In this document: positions 1 to 12,116 of the stretch, piece by piece
Layout of the letters: every line of letters begins with the position of its first letter
Position numbering within the stretch: the stretch's first letter is position 1
From: Octopus sinensis
Lineage: Eukaryota
NCBI RefSeq assembly: GCF_006345805.1
Contig: NC_042998.1
Span: forward strand, 168,330,001 to 168,394,000
DNA length: 64,000 nt
Direction: 5' to 3'
Made by a program: the position numbers and the translations under genes
Notes under the pieces: model-generated
What the model was told of the DNA's origin: nothing
The model's database searches: none
The model's input: the letters and a program-made list of their open reading frames with translations, nothing else

Positions 1-27
1 TTCCTCATCTCTTAAATATAGAACTGT

Positions 28-104
<77 letters not shown>

Positions 105-106
<2 letters not shown>

Positions 107-267
107 CGACGGGCTTCCTTCAGTTACCGTCTACCAAATTCACTCACAAGGCTTTGGTTGGTCCGAAGATATAGTAGAAGACACTTGCCTAATGTGCCAT
201 GCAGTGGGACTGAACCCAGAACCCTGTGATTGGTAAGCAAGCTATTTACGCTACACAGTCCTGCGCG
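105..267 (-). mobile_element. tRNA-derived SINE family 1, 5' half
   Basis: Reverse complement of the family-1 head (GGCGCAGGAGTGGCTGTGTGG...GGTTCAGTCCCACTGCGTGGCACCTTGGGCAAG), which recurs at 8110, 27701 and 38582. Confidence 0.9.
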
Positions 268-280
268 TATATATATATAT

Positions 281-319
<39 letters not shown>

Positions 320-332
320 AGAAGGCAAAGAT

Positions 333-379
<47 letters not shown>

Positions 380-1149
380 AATATATATGTATGTATGTAT
401 GTATGAATGTATGTATTAGGTATGTATTACATACATACATATATATATAATATACATATATATATGTATATATATATGCATGTATATACTTATACATACA
501 TGTATGTGCGTGTATGTATGTGTATATTATATCTGTTGATCTACATAGATAGCTCTCTTTCCGTCTCTCTCTCTCACTCTCTCTCTCTCTCTCTCTCTCT
601 ATTAGATCGTTATAAATTCAGCAGTTCATTAAGTACATATATTTAGCTATATTTATTCACCATACAACCATGGTGCAGCTAGTGTTCATCGTCGTCACCA
701 CCACCACCAGCACCATCACAACCACCACCAGCACCATCACAACCACCACCAATATCCTTCTCCTCCTACTTCTTCCCCTCCTTTTCTCATCGTCATCATC
801 ATCATCATCCTCTTTATCATCGTCATCGTCTCGTCATCATTCGACCAATTGGCAACGCGATGTCAGTCTTTCATATTTTTCTCTTTAATTGGCCTGAATA
901 TGTTTACGTCTAACACCCACCATACGCTCCAATAAAAATTCGGTCAGAAAGTATATGCCTGTTTCGGAAATATTATTAATAATAAATAGTTAGAGTACGG
1001 AGTGAACTCCTCAAAGCTGTAGTTACATTAAAATTTGTAATAAAAACAATCTAATTCGTCTTTCACTAAGGTACCACTTGCAATACTACCACCATCACCA
1101 CCACCACTTAATTCACGAAAGATGTTGATCTAACCAACACCGTCAACGG

Positions 1150-3000
1150 TAGTACGGCCTACTAAGAACTTGGACGATGGGTCTGTTGTTTCTTCACTTG
1201 CGTTTTTGTTGGGCTTTAGAATTATAATTTTGCTCAGTTCTAGATTCTGGGATTTTCATGTTGTAGATATGCATAATTATAGATGTCAGTGAGTGCAGTG
1301 ATTCCTTAAGGCTCTATATGTTTTGGGTGCATATTTGTGGTTTTGTCTGTTCTTGTAAGTTTTAAGCTTTTATCTTTCCCTATTATATTCAGTTTCTGGT
1401 GGAAGGAAAGGGATAAAATCTGGATCAAAGTAGTTGATGTTTATTTTTTGTGGTGTTGTTTTGTAATGCTTTTGGAAGTTCATTTTAGAGAAAAATCTAA
1501 TATGACTATTTGCTTTGTGTTGTATTCAGGCATCACTTTCTAAGGTGTGGTGTGTCTGTTGATTTTGATGTACACCCTAAATAGTCGAGTTTAAAAATGC
1601 TAATCCTTGACATCACATACCCACGAGAGTCCGTCTCTAAATCACAGGGAAAATTCGAACGAGTACACTCTACAATGAAACGTAAAATATTGAATACAAT
1701 ACATGATGGCCTCCATAGCAAAAAAAAAAAGTCTTTATCCCTTCCACGTGTATCTTTTTAACTAAACTGCCATTGACAACAGCAAAGCTTTCGACATCAT
1801 TGCCCGCCAGCTTTCACTCACTGTGCACCATATTAAAAAAAAAAACAACACAAAAAATTCTGGCAAAGATACTACCGTATTTTTCGGAATACAAGTCGAA
1901 TTTTTCAGAGCACAACTTACAACCCAAAAAATGGGTAGGTCGACTTATACACCAAGACGACTTTGGAGGATAAAAATTTCCATGTAACATGCAGCAGGAT
2001 TTGGAAAGATAGTTACAAAGGTTGAATGTGTCTACACTGTATGTTTATACTATATACTACGTCGACTTGTATGCCAGAAAATACGGTAGTTATCAGACTG
2101 GCAAGTCTATGCAGTGTACAAGAAAATTTCTAGAACCAGCAATTTGAACAGAGTACTTCAGAGATATACGCTCTCACACATTCTTTCCATCTTACGCGAC
2201 TTTCCCACACTTTCAAAAGTATATTGATGGCATGATGCGCAGATGATACCACATATAACCTCTCAATACTTTCCAGACACTACAACAGAACCACTTAAAC
2301 TCTATTATATCATATAGTAACTTGGCTCTATAACAACGCCTAAAACAGTATCTGCCAAATCCACTGACTCTATTCTTATTAAAAATACCAATGATAAAAT
2401 ACAACCAATCTCACTCAACAACATAAACATATCACACACATATAGAAGAGAAAATATCAAAAGATACATGCAACTTTACAATATTCCCAATACACACATA
2501 TACACAGTTAAGGAAAGAAAGCGACACACAAACACATTTAGGGCAATCACAGGTACCAGATTTGTCTGACTGAAAGAAAGAACATTAATGTATAAGCAAT
2601 GTTATAGATCGAATATGTCTCATTTGGGACACTAATTTTTTCACAACAAACTACAAGCACAAAGCAGCACATTACACATCAAAATAGGTTTTACAGAGAC
2701 TAGGCCTATAAAACACCTACACAAGAGTACTAAAATAAAAGACCACCTAGATATGTAATGGGCACACTTTGTTGCCGCAGAAAGCTTTAACTCCCCAAAT
2801 TTCCTGCAACTTCACAAAATTCGCTCCCAGTCTTCGACACTCATAAGCAATCCCCTAGAGCGACACAACATATCAAAATTTCTATCTATCCTACTCAGCC
2901 TAAACAAATATAATGAACACATATATGCAGAAATAACTACAACATCAATAACCTTTTTTATCTCAAACACTGTACTTGAATTCCACCCCACTCCCACTAA
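1150..3000 (+). mobile_element. Decayed non-LTR retrotransposon RT region (Jockey/I-group-like); 5' part 1150-1560 inverted; interrupted by a MITE
   Basis: Plus strand gives IHDGLHSKK, TAIDNSKAFDII, CADDTT (YADD motif) and RPIKHLHKSTKIKDHLDM. Minus strand 1560-1150 gives GITALTDIYNYAYLQHENPRI and KIIILKPNK. Many stops and frameshifts. Confidence 0.75.
1875..2086. mobile_element. pogo/Tc1-mariner-type MITE, 212 bp
   Basis: TIRs CCGTATTTTTCGGAATACAAGTCGA and TCGACTTGTATGCCAGAAAATACGG, with TA on both sides. No coding capacity. Confidence 0.85.
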
Positions 3001-3384
3001 CAATGGATGCAAAGAAACAGCAAGTGATGTGCTCTAAACGAGACTCTTTTTCCCACCTCTCCTCTGGCGCATGCCAGAATCTTTGGAAGACCATATTCTT
3101 AGGGTGTCCAGAAACAGCTTGGACAATGGACAAAGTGAAATTTTTATTCCGTTTAATCAAGAGGAAAATGTATTCCCTATAACCTTTTTATTTATTCATT
3201 CAGAGCTCTCGGGACTTGGTGGAAGGGAGCTAGTTGTCCTAAAACCGGGAATATGGTTTGAATATTCCACTATTGATATCTAGGGATATGGTGATAGTGT
3301 TAAACCGGGTAGCAGAATAGATATACAACCCAACAGCTAAGAAGAAAATAACTACTTCAATACTCTTAAAATTCCATCAAACTA

Positions 3385-3495
3385 CAGTCCTGGATTGATA
3401 ATTTATTTTATCGATCCAGATGGATGAAAAGCAAAGTTGATTTCGGCGGGATTTGAACTCAGTGAGCTAGAACACACACCGCTGCTAATTTGCCG
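3385..3495 (-). mobile_element. SINE family 2, degraded fragment
   Basis: TTTTATCGATCCAGATGGATGAAAAGCAAAGTTGATTTCGGCGGGATTTGAACTCAG matches the family-2 reverse complement. Confidence 0.7.
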
Positions 3496-4084
3496 TAAAA
3501 GTGTCACCATGTACCCTACATGATTCATCAATGTATGTCTAGACGGAGACATAGTAAAGCTGGAAACATGGATCTGTAGTTCTTGCCTCGTCGTTCAGAC
3601 AGCTACCTGCAGCTATACAACAACATGAACTACTACCTCGGTGACAACTTCCGCTTCTGCTATTTTATGAGACTCCTTCATCACCCAATAAGAATGTTTA
3701 TTTGCTTAACAAACATTAAACATAAACCCCGGAAACGCCTCCCCTACCACCACCACCGTCACCACCGCCACCAATATTTCTGGTCTTGTGCCTATGTAAG
3801 AAAATCATCATCATTATCATTCTCCCTCAAATAGTCTGGCGACGACGTAACGACTGCCAGCTTCTACCACTACTATTACCTGTAACAGCCCCGTTGAAGA
3901 AGGTTGCGTGCAACAATGACAATATTTGTAGCAGACAAAACGTAGCAATAACAACAATAATTAACATTATCATCGCTACCCCACCACTACTACTACTACT
4001 CGAATTCTACAAGCATCAACAACAACACAAACAATAACATGACTGAAGGCAAAGCTCTCAAGTTGGGACCGCACAATCGGACAA

Positions 4085-4170
4085 TTTGCTGAACCGCTAA
4101 GTTATGGGGACGTAAATATACTAGCACTGGTCGTCAATCGATGGTGAGAAACTAAGACACAAAGGCGCGT
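4085..4170 (-). mobile_element. SINE family 1, internal fragment
   Basis: GCTGAACCGCTAAGTTATGGGGACGTAAAT matches the family-1 3' half. Confidence 0.75.
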
Positions 4171-4652
4171 GCGCACTCATACACACACACACTCACACAC
4201 ACACACACCACACACGCGCGCACGCACACACTTGTGTACTACTTGAGAGAAGTACACGAGGAATATCAATGTGCTGGATCTAATATCCCTTTCAGGATTG
4301 TATCTAATCTGGGATGAGAGAACTAATATAACTTCCAAGTCTATGAAGCGCCGGAAGATTTAATGCCTCACTAGAGTGCAGGCCGAAAAATCCCTCCGCG
4401 ATGTATGAGACCCACTATAAGCACTGGAGCAAGAGAAGTCACCACATCATAGAGGATAGCCTACAACGTAGAAGAAGAGGCAAAGACCATCTCCACAATC
4501 ATATGCGCATCAATGAACTTCTTTCTTTCCCGGACACGTGATAATGCTGTCAAAGGTACTTCCGGAGCTGGGTTTGGATTTGTTGGTGGCAATGGTGGAG
4601 GAATATGATAAAAATGGTCAGCATCAGATCCACTTTGAAGGAGAAATGATCA

Positions 4653-4864
4653 TATCTTTTATCCTTCACTTGTTTCAGTCTTTTACTAAAGCCATGCTGA
4701 GGCACCACTTTGAAGAATTTTTAGTCGAATATATCAACCCCAGTACTTATTTTTCTTAAAGCCTGGTACTTATTCAATCGGATAGTTTGCTGAACCGCTA
4801 AGTTACGGGGACGTAAATATACTAGCACCGGTGTCAATCTGTGGTGAGAAACAAATACACAAAG

Positions 4865-4949
<85 letters not shown>

Positions 4950-5112
4950 TATATTTATACGAAAGGCTTTTTTCAGTTTCCGTCCAGCAAATTCACTCGC
5001 AAGGTCTTGGTCGGCCTGAGGCTATAGTAGACCACACTTGCCCAAGGTGCCACGCAGTGAGACTGAACCCGGAACTATGTGGTTGGAAAGCAAACCTCTT
5101 ACCACTCAGTCA
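4653..5112 (-). mobile_element. SINE family 1, near full length, with internal (CA)n
   Basis: 3' tail CACTTGTTTCAGTC, central CA tract at 4873-4946 and the 5' head are all present. Confidence 0.85.
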
Positions 5113-5131
5113 TATATGACACACACACACA

Positions 5132-5947
5132 CAGAGGTTGGGGGAAGAGTAAGTAAGCATTAAAAATTGGGGTAATCAAATCCATATTCCTTTTACAAAT
5201 TTATTGAAACAAATGCTACATGTTCTTTATTACATGAGAAAATGAAAATAATTCTTCCTATTTCAACGTACGCACCGGTGGCGTCAACCAGTTTCCTCAA
5301 ATGGCCAGGAATGGAATAAACAACATTTTGAAGGACGTCATCTGGGATATCATTGAGAATCTCCTGAATCCGTGTTTCCAAGTGCTCCAGTGTACGATCG
5401 GTATCATAACATCCCAGCCTCGTCACTCTAGAGGATGTTTTCAAATAATTCAGGCCAAATTTCATACCAAACTAGCATTAACTCTCCACATTCCATTCTG
5501 CGGCCACAGTCTCCAGGTTTTAAATCCTGCATGTAATTGGCTTTCTACGGACGAAAATTCAATTCTTTATACAGCACTGTACGTATTGTGTGTCTTGCTA
5601 GTCCACCTTCACGAGCTGCTTGACGTGTTGATTCTTGTGGCTGCGATTAAACATCTCCTTCACTGTTTCCACATTCTCCGCTGTAGTTGGACGGCCGCTC
5701 TTATTGCATCGTTCACATAGCCCATGGTCATCAGCTTTGCATAACAACTTTTTATTGTCTCCGACGTAGTGTTACATGCTTACCTTTCCATACACGCCAC
5801 CATCTCTGAACCAAAACAACGGATTCCACACTTCATAGCGTGCTGCTATCTTAGCTCGATCCTGAACAATCAAGCGACCGGCCATCTGGAAATAAAAGAA
5901 AAGAAATAAGCAATATCTAATGTCCGTATTTACTTCCACCCACCCTG
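5132..5947 (-). mobile_element. Internally deleted Tc1/mariner-superfamily transposon
   Basis: Imperfect TIRs CAGAGGTTGGGGGAAGAGTAAG and CAGGGTGGGTGGAAGTAAAT (rc), TA at the right end. N-terminal HTH region MAGRLIVQDRAKIAARYEVW and C-terminus TLEHLETRIQEILNDIP...DATGAYVEI. Catalytic core is missing. Confidence 0.8.
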
Positions 5948-5977
5948 TATATGTGTATATATATATATATATTATAT

Positions 5978-6072
<95 letters not shown>

Positions 6073-6084
6073 ATACAACACACA

Positions 6085-6280
6085 GAGTAATCCCTCGACT
6101 ATCGCGGTTACGTTCTAAAACCGTGAAAATCCGCGAAGTAGAAACAGTAGTGTACTGTATATTTTTTAATTATTTTTTTAATAATTTGTATACATTTAAT
6201 TTTATTATAAATGCGAAACAACACCACGGAGGAATCGACGTACGTTTAAATATTAACCGCGATATGGCGAGGGATTACTA
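6085..6280. mobile_element. Tigger/pogo-like MITE
   Basis: TIRs AGTAATCCCTCGACTATCGCGG and CCGCGATATGGCGAGGGATTACT. A related longer copy lies at 16100-16472. Confidence 0.8.
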
Positions 6281-6338
6281 TATATTGAACACAAGTATAT
6301 ATAATATATTATATATTATATATATATATATATATATT

Positions 6339-6369
<31 letters not shown>

Positions 6370-6517
6370 AGAGATAGATAGATAGATAGATAAATAGATA
6401 ATAGATAGATAGATAGAAGATAGATAGAGAGATAGATAGATAGATAGATAGATAATAGAACATGAAAATACATGGCAAAACTCTATGTATGTCCATCTCG
6501 TGTGGACGTTTCGTGTA

Positions 6518-6617
6518 NNNNNNNNNNNNNNNNNNNNNNNNNNNNNNNNNNNNNNNNNNNNNNNNNNNNNNNNNNNNNNNNNNNNNNNNNNNNNNNNNNN
6601 NNNNNNNNNNNNNNNNN
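6518..6617. other. Assembly gap (100 N)
   Basis: Run of exactly 100 N, the usual placeholder for a gap of unknown size. Confidence 0.99.
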
Positions 6618-6965
6618 TCGTAGTGGTGTTGGGTCGTCACCGTTGTTGTTGTTGTTGTTGCTGCTGCTGGTAGCGGTGGCGGCTGCGGCAGCGGTGGTAG
6701 TGGTAGCGGTGGCGGCGGCGCCGGTGGTGGTGGTCGTGGCGCCGGTGGTTGTGGTGGTGACGCCGGTTGTAGTGGTGGCGCCGGTGGTGGTGGCGGCGGC
6801 GGCGGTGGTGCTTGGTGGTGGTGGTGGTGGTGATGGCGCCGGTGGTGGTGGTGGTGGTGATGGCGCCGATGGTGGTGGTGGTGGTGGTGGTGATGATGCT
6901 GCTGCTGCTGGTCGTCGTCGTCATCGTGGTTTTTGTGATGGCGGCGGTGAAAGAGGTGATGGAGG
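6618..6965. repeat. Compound GC-rich trinucleotide repeat (GTT/GCT/GGT/GGC/GAT)
   Basis: Seen directly. It produces the poly-V/G/H/P ORFs. Confidence 0.95.
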
Positions 6966-7339
6966 TGACCATACGGAACTGAACAGAGGAACAATGAGAG
7001 ATAAGGTAGCGGAAGGGTGTTGTTGTAGGAGGGAAGATTGACTAATTGACTCAATCGCCTAACGAACCCTTGAGAGAAGCAGATGGCTAAGAGTTGATCA
7101 GGCTTATGCTAAGCCTGAATAACAACAGCGGCAGCTACAACAGTTACAATAACAGCAGCAACAAGAAAAAAAGGAAAAAAACAACACAATAAAGACAATC
7201 AGGATAAGCAACATCAACTACAACAGCAACAACAACAATCATTCTTAACGCTTGTACGATTAACTGTTGTTTGGGAGGTTATTTAAAAGGATAAAAGAAT
7301 AAATTTGAACAAAATTCGGATAGACTGACAGACGGATGG

Positions 7340-7458
7340 ATGGATGGATTGATGGATGGATAGATAGATAGATAGATGATAGATAGATAGATAGATAGAT
7401 AGATGATAGATAGATAGATAGATAGATAGATGATAGATAGATAGATAGATAGATAGAT

Positions 7459-7515
<57 letters not shown>

Positions 7516-7765
7516 GTTTCTTTATTGGCCACACAGGGCTGCACACAGATGGGACAAGTTACAAAGTAGAGCTTTTCTTTTGGGGGATGAACCCCCCCCC
7601 CCCAAAAAAAAGGTGGCGTAGGTTTCGATCAAAAGGGATCGTAAAAGGGAAAAAAAGGAAAGGAACAAAAGAAAAGAGAAATGAAAAAAAGAAGATAAAG
7701 GGGGGAAAAAGGGGAAGGGAGAAAAAAAAACGATCAATAGGGATACGATCCATGAATACATACAT
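7340..7765 (-). mobile_element. Non-LTR retrotransposon 3' UTR with (TATC)n tail, clade unassigned (Tx1/L1-like suspected)
   Basis: Minus strand has a pyrimidine-rich UTR ending GCAGCCCTGTGTGGCCAATAAAGAAAC, followed immediately by (TATC)n at 7340-7512. Confidence 0.5.
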
Positions 7766-7781
7766 ACATACATACATACAT

Positions 7782-8070
7782 AAATGGAGACTTTAGCCTT
7801 GAAGATCGTGAGCGTAGTGGACGCTCATCTGTCATCGATGACGGTCAACTAAAGACTGTCATTGACACAAAGATCCACATGAAATCACTCGAGAACTGGC
7901 AAAAGATCTTCAAGTTAGCCAGAAAACTGCCTGCAACCATTTGCATGCGATCGGAAAATCAAAAAAGCTCGACAAATGGGTGCCACACGATTTGAATGAA
8001 AGTCAGAAAATGCGCAGATATGAAATTTGTACGTCGCTTCTTCTCCTTAACCAGACCGATCCATGGATTA
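7782..8070 (+). mobile_element. mariner transposase fragment (second HTH and WVPH linker)
   Basis: NGDFSLEDRERSGRS and KSKKLDKWVPHDLNESQKMRRYEICTSLLLLNQTDP. Confidence 0.9.
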
Positions 8071-8109
8071 CAATTATCTTCAAAATTTTTTTTAATGTAT
8101 CATATAAAT

Positions 8110-8497
8110 AGGCGCAGGAGTGGCTGTGTGGTAAGTAGCTTGTTCCGGGTTCAGTCCCACTGCGTGGCATCTTGGGCAAGTGTCTTCTGCTATAGCCCGG
8201 GCCGACCAATGCCTTGTGAGTGGATTTGGTAGACGGAAACTGAAAGAAGCCTGTCGTATATATGTATATATAATAAGTTTGTGTGTATATGTTTTGTGTC
8301 TGTGTTTGTCCCCTAGCATTGCTTGACAACTGATGCTGGTGTGTTTACGTCCCGTCACTTAGCGGTTCGGCAAAAAGAGACCGATAGAATAAGTACTGGG
8401 CTTACAAAAATAATAAGTCCCGGGGTCGACTTGCTCGACTAAAGGCGGTGCTCCAGCATGGCCGCAGTCAAATGACTGAACTGAAACAAGTAAGTAA
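8110..8497 (+). mobile_element. SINE family 1, full length
   Basis: A box TGGCTGTGTGG, B box GGTTCAGTCCC, central TA/TG tract and tail GACTGAAACAAGTAAGTAAA. Confidence 0.92.
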
Positions 8498-8499
8498 AT

Positions 8500-9235
8500 G
8501 TAATTTTTGGCGCTGAATCTGAATTTGTTATTCATTTATTCCAGAAAAATTTCGCAAAAATGTTACAGGTGTTTAAAATTTGAAAAAATATTTCGAATTT
8601 TCAGCCTCCTCCATTATCGGACGGGGAGGGGGGCATCGGCATGTCAAAACATTGCTACTTCCCTCGTACAGCACATACATGCACACATATACTCACACAG
8701 AGTTGAAATGCTGATTTTCCATTTCAGCGTTGAATGTTCACCATCCCACTTCCACTGCACACACACACACACACACACTCACACACACGCAAACATTCAA
8801 ATACTCCCCCCCCTTTTTTACATATACATATACTCACACAGAGTTGAAACGCCCCCCACTACCAATTTGCCATTACTCCTTCCTTATTTATCTATCACCC
8901 CTTCCTTTCTCATTCATATGTTGTGATGGAGAAAACACGAGAGTATTATTAAAGTAAGATTATCTTTCTCGTATCTCCTTCTCCTCTTTGTGCGCATGTG
9001 CAGCATCTTTCGTTACTATGTACACATATTTTTTCCCCACAGCGACGTGTAAACTATTCGCTTCTGACTGGCTAAAAATACCCAAATTTTTCAAATTTTA
9101 AAGTCTAATAACTTTTTAATTATGAATTTATAGGGAAAATGAACTTCATTTTCATAATTAGTTACAAAACTTATTCCACATACCAAATTTGAAAACAATT
9201 GGAACAAAATTGTAAACGGTGACGAAAACCACAAA
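8500..9235. mobile_element. Unclassified non-autonomous DNA-element-like insertion
   Basis: Separates two contiguous parts of a mariner ORF. AT-rich motifs at the ends (GAATCTGAATTTG, CCAAATTTGAAAACAATTGG). No TIR or TSD confirmed. Confidence 0.35.
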
Positions 9236-9236
9236 G

Positions 9237-9782
9237 ATCTAACAATTGTAACTTGCGATGAAAAGTGGATTCTGTACAATGAAAAAACGTTTTTCGCAAT
9301 GGTTAGACCAAAATGAAGCACCGAAAACTTTCCCGAAACCCGATCTCTTCAAAAGGAAGGTTATGATGACTGTTTGGTGGTGTACTGCTGAACTCTTCCA
9401 CTGTAACTTCTTAAAACGCGGAAAAACCATTATTGCAGAAACATATGGCTATCAAATTGCCAAAATGAAGGAAAAACTGCTACTCGTGCGTTCCAGACTG
9501 GTCAACAAAAGAAGGCCAATCAGTCTTCATGACAATGTTCGACCACACATTTCACTAATCATGCTCCAGAAGTTGAGGTAACTTGGCTACGAAGTTCTTC
9601 CCCACCCAGCTTATTCCCCAGACCTTTCTCCTACTGACTACCACTTTTTCAAGCGCCTTGATGGTTCCCAGCAAGAGGAGTTCAAAAATAAAACCGATTG
9701 CTAATAATGCGTTCAAAGGGTTCATCAGATCCAGAACTCCAGTTTTATGTTACCAGAATAAAAAAACTTGTACTCATTGGCA

Positions 9783-9790
<8 letters not shown>
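9237..9790 (+). mobile_element. mariner transposase catalytic-domain pseudogene (DD34D)
   Basis: IVTCDEKW, HDNVRPH and YSPDLSPTDYHFFK, with 34 residues between the second and third Asp. Stops and frameshifts present. Confidence 0.92.
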
Positions 9791-9848
<58 letters not shown>

Positions 9849-9876
9849 TATATTATATATTATATATATATATATA

Positions 9877-9925
<49 letters not shown>

Positions 9926-10226
9926 ATATATAATATTCTATATATATATATATATAGGTATGCCATATTTTTCCGTTTATTGACTTCTTTGTTTAATCGT
10001 TTTATTTTAATCCTAACGCACGCAGAAGGTTACAGTTTCTCCTTAGCATTAAGGGCAGAAACACCACAGTGTACTTTATGGGGAACGAACTCCAGACCCA
10101 TTATTAGGGACCAACTCTTATTTACGTATCTTTACGGCCAACAACAGAAACGCACAAAAATTAAAACAACCCGATAGCATCAAATTAAAACATTTAAATT
10201 TTTATTCATTTTGCTCACGCTAATTG

Positions 10227-10700
10227 TACTCTCTTTTACTCTCTTTTACTTGTTTCAGTTATTTGACTGCGGCCATGCTGGAGCACCGCCTTTAATTGAG
10301 CACATCGACCCCAGGACTTATTCTTTGTAAGACTAGCACTTATTCTATCGTTCTCTTTTGCCGAATCGCTAAGTTACGAGGACGTAAACACACCAGCATC
10401 GGTTGTCAACCGATGCTGGATGGGGAGGGACAAAAACAAACACACAAACACACATACACACACACACACACACACACAACACACAATATATATAATATAT
10501 ATATATTATATATTATATATAATATATATACATATACATTATACGACGGGCTTCTTTCAGACTCCGTCTACCAAATTCACTCACAAGGCTTGGTCGGTCC
10601 GAGGCTATAGTAGAAGGCATTTGCCCAAGCTGCCACGCAGTGGCACTGAACCCAGAACCATGTGGTTGGTAAGCAAGCTACTTAGCACACAGCCACTCCT
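10227..10700 (-). mobile_element. SINE family 1, full length
   Basis: Tail TACTCTCTTTTACTCTCTTTTACTTGTTTCAG, central CA/TA tract and head ending CACAGCCACTCCT. Confidence 0.92.
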
Positions 10701-11854
10701 AATTTTAAAAATAATTTCATGTCTAGAAAACTGGTTAAATTTTAAATCTTCTAATGACATATATCTATTTCTTCTTCACTTCTAACTTTGAAAGTAGCAC
10801 TTTCGCGCCACAAAATACCAGATCGTTTGATTCGCTTCTACCATAATGCCAGCAATAACATCTGTTAATTCCTCAATCTTTCCTTGTTACATAAGTGTGT
10901 GAAGGGGAAGGTACCGGAGATGAGAGAAAATAAGAATATTTTTCTGGTGGAATATGAAGACATTATGTATCACACGTGTCAACCATCTCAGTCAACCGAA
11001 GAAGACTTCAATTTTGGGATTTTAAACAAACCAATTATTCGACAATTTTTATGATTTCTTTGTCTACAGCTGAGTTGTTTCACAGTTGGTGTCTTTAAAA
11101 CCAAGCAGAGTTACGTTCCGTGTCAAATAACAAGTTACGAATTAAAAATCCATCATTTGTATGGACGACATCTTGTCCACGAACTAACTGTGACCCTTTT
11201 GTTAATATACACTACACTATCAGTATCTTCATCAAGCTAAAATCTTTATATGATAATAGAGCATCCTTGAACGAATGAATAAATAAACAAACACCAGGAA
11301 ATCCAATACCTAAATGACCTGGATATATTCTGTTATTCTAATTTCTTCTACAAGCAACCTAAAATAGAACGTTCATGTCAGCTTACTGGTTATTTTCGAT
11401 TACATTTTTAATGCCATGTTCTTCTTCGGAAGAGAAAGAATTGTTTAGTGGGGGTTTTTTTTTTTGTAGTTTCCAAATTAATGACATTATGCAGACCATC
11501 TTGTCACATGACTTACTGACTGACAAGTGGCACGTGTCTACAGGAATTGTTTAGCCTAAGATAAACAAGAATCAATGTTTTCTATTAATGAAAAAAAAGT
11601 TTTTGGCTTCCTTATTTAATAAAATAGGTTGAGTGTACGTACCGACATGCATACATGTAGATTTCATATCTAATTAGATATTTTCCTTCTGCAATAGTAT
11701 GAATACGTATTTTTACGCCTTAATTATATTCAGTCGCTGAATGAAAGTGTGTATGAATGCATGCATGTAAATATGTGTGTGTAAATATATATGTATGTAT
11801 ATCTATACACACCATAACATACACACACACATACACACACACACACACACACAA

Positions 11855-11886
<32 letters not shown>

Positions 11887-12054
11887 CCAACACAACATAT
11901 ATATATATATATATACTATATATAATATATATATATATATATATTGTTGTTGTGACCTTATTCGGTCAGGAATGACCATGGGATTGCACTTAGAAAGTTA
12001 CTCTCCGAGGCACAAGTCTGGGCAAGGTTGTTTATGGAACAACACACACACACG

Positions 12055-12116
<62 letters not shown>

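Noticed and set aside
3010-3290. Possible RLE-LINE RT remnant on the minus strand (NSGIF, RALNE, KGYR, EYGLPK)
   Set aside because: Only scattered short motifs across frames; needs a profile search.
6278-7054. Long poly-H/P/V/G ORFs spanning the gap
   Set aside because: Translations of a compound trinucleotide repeat plus N; no domain or splice context.
10880-11220. Protein-like short frames as a possible host exon
   Set aside because: No recognisable domain, frames are under 60 aa and there is no consistent splice pair.
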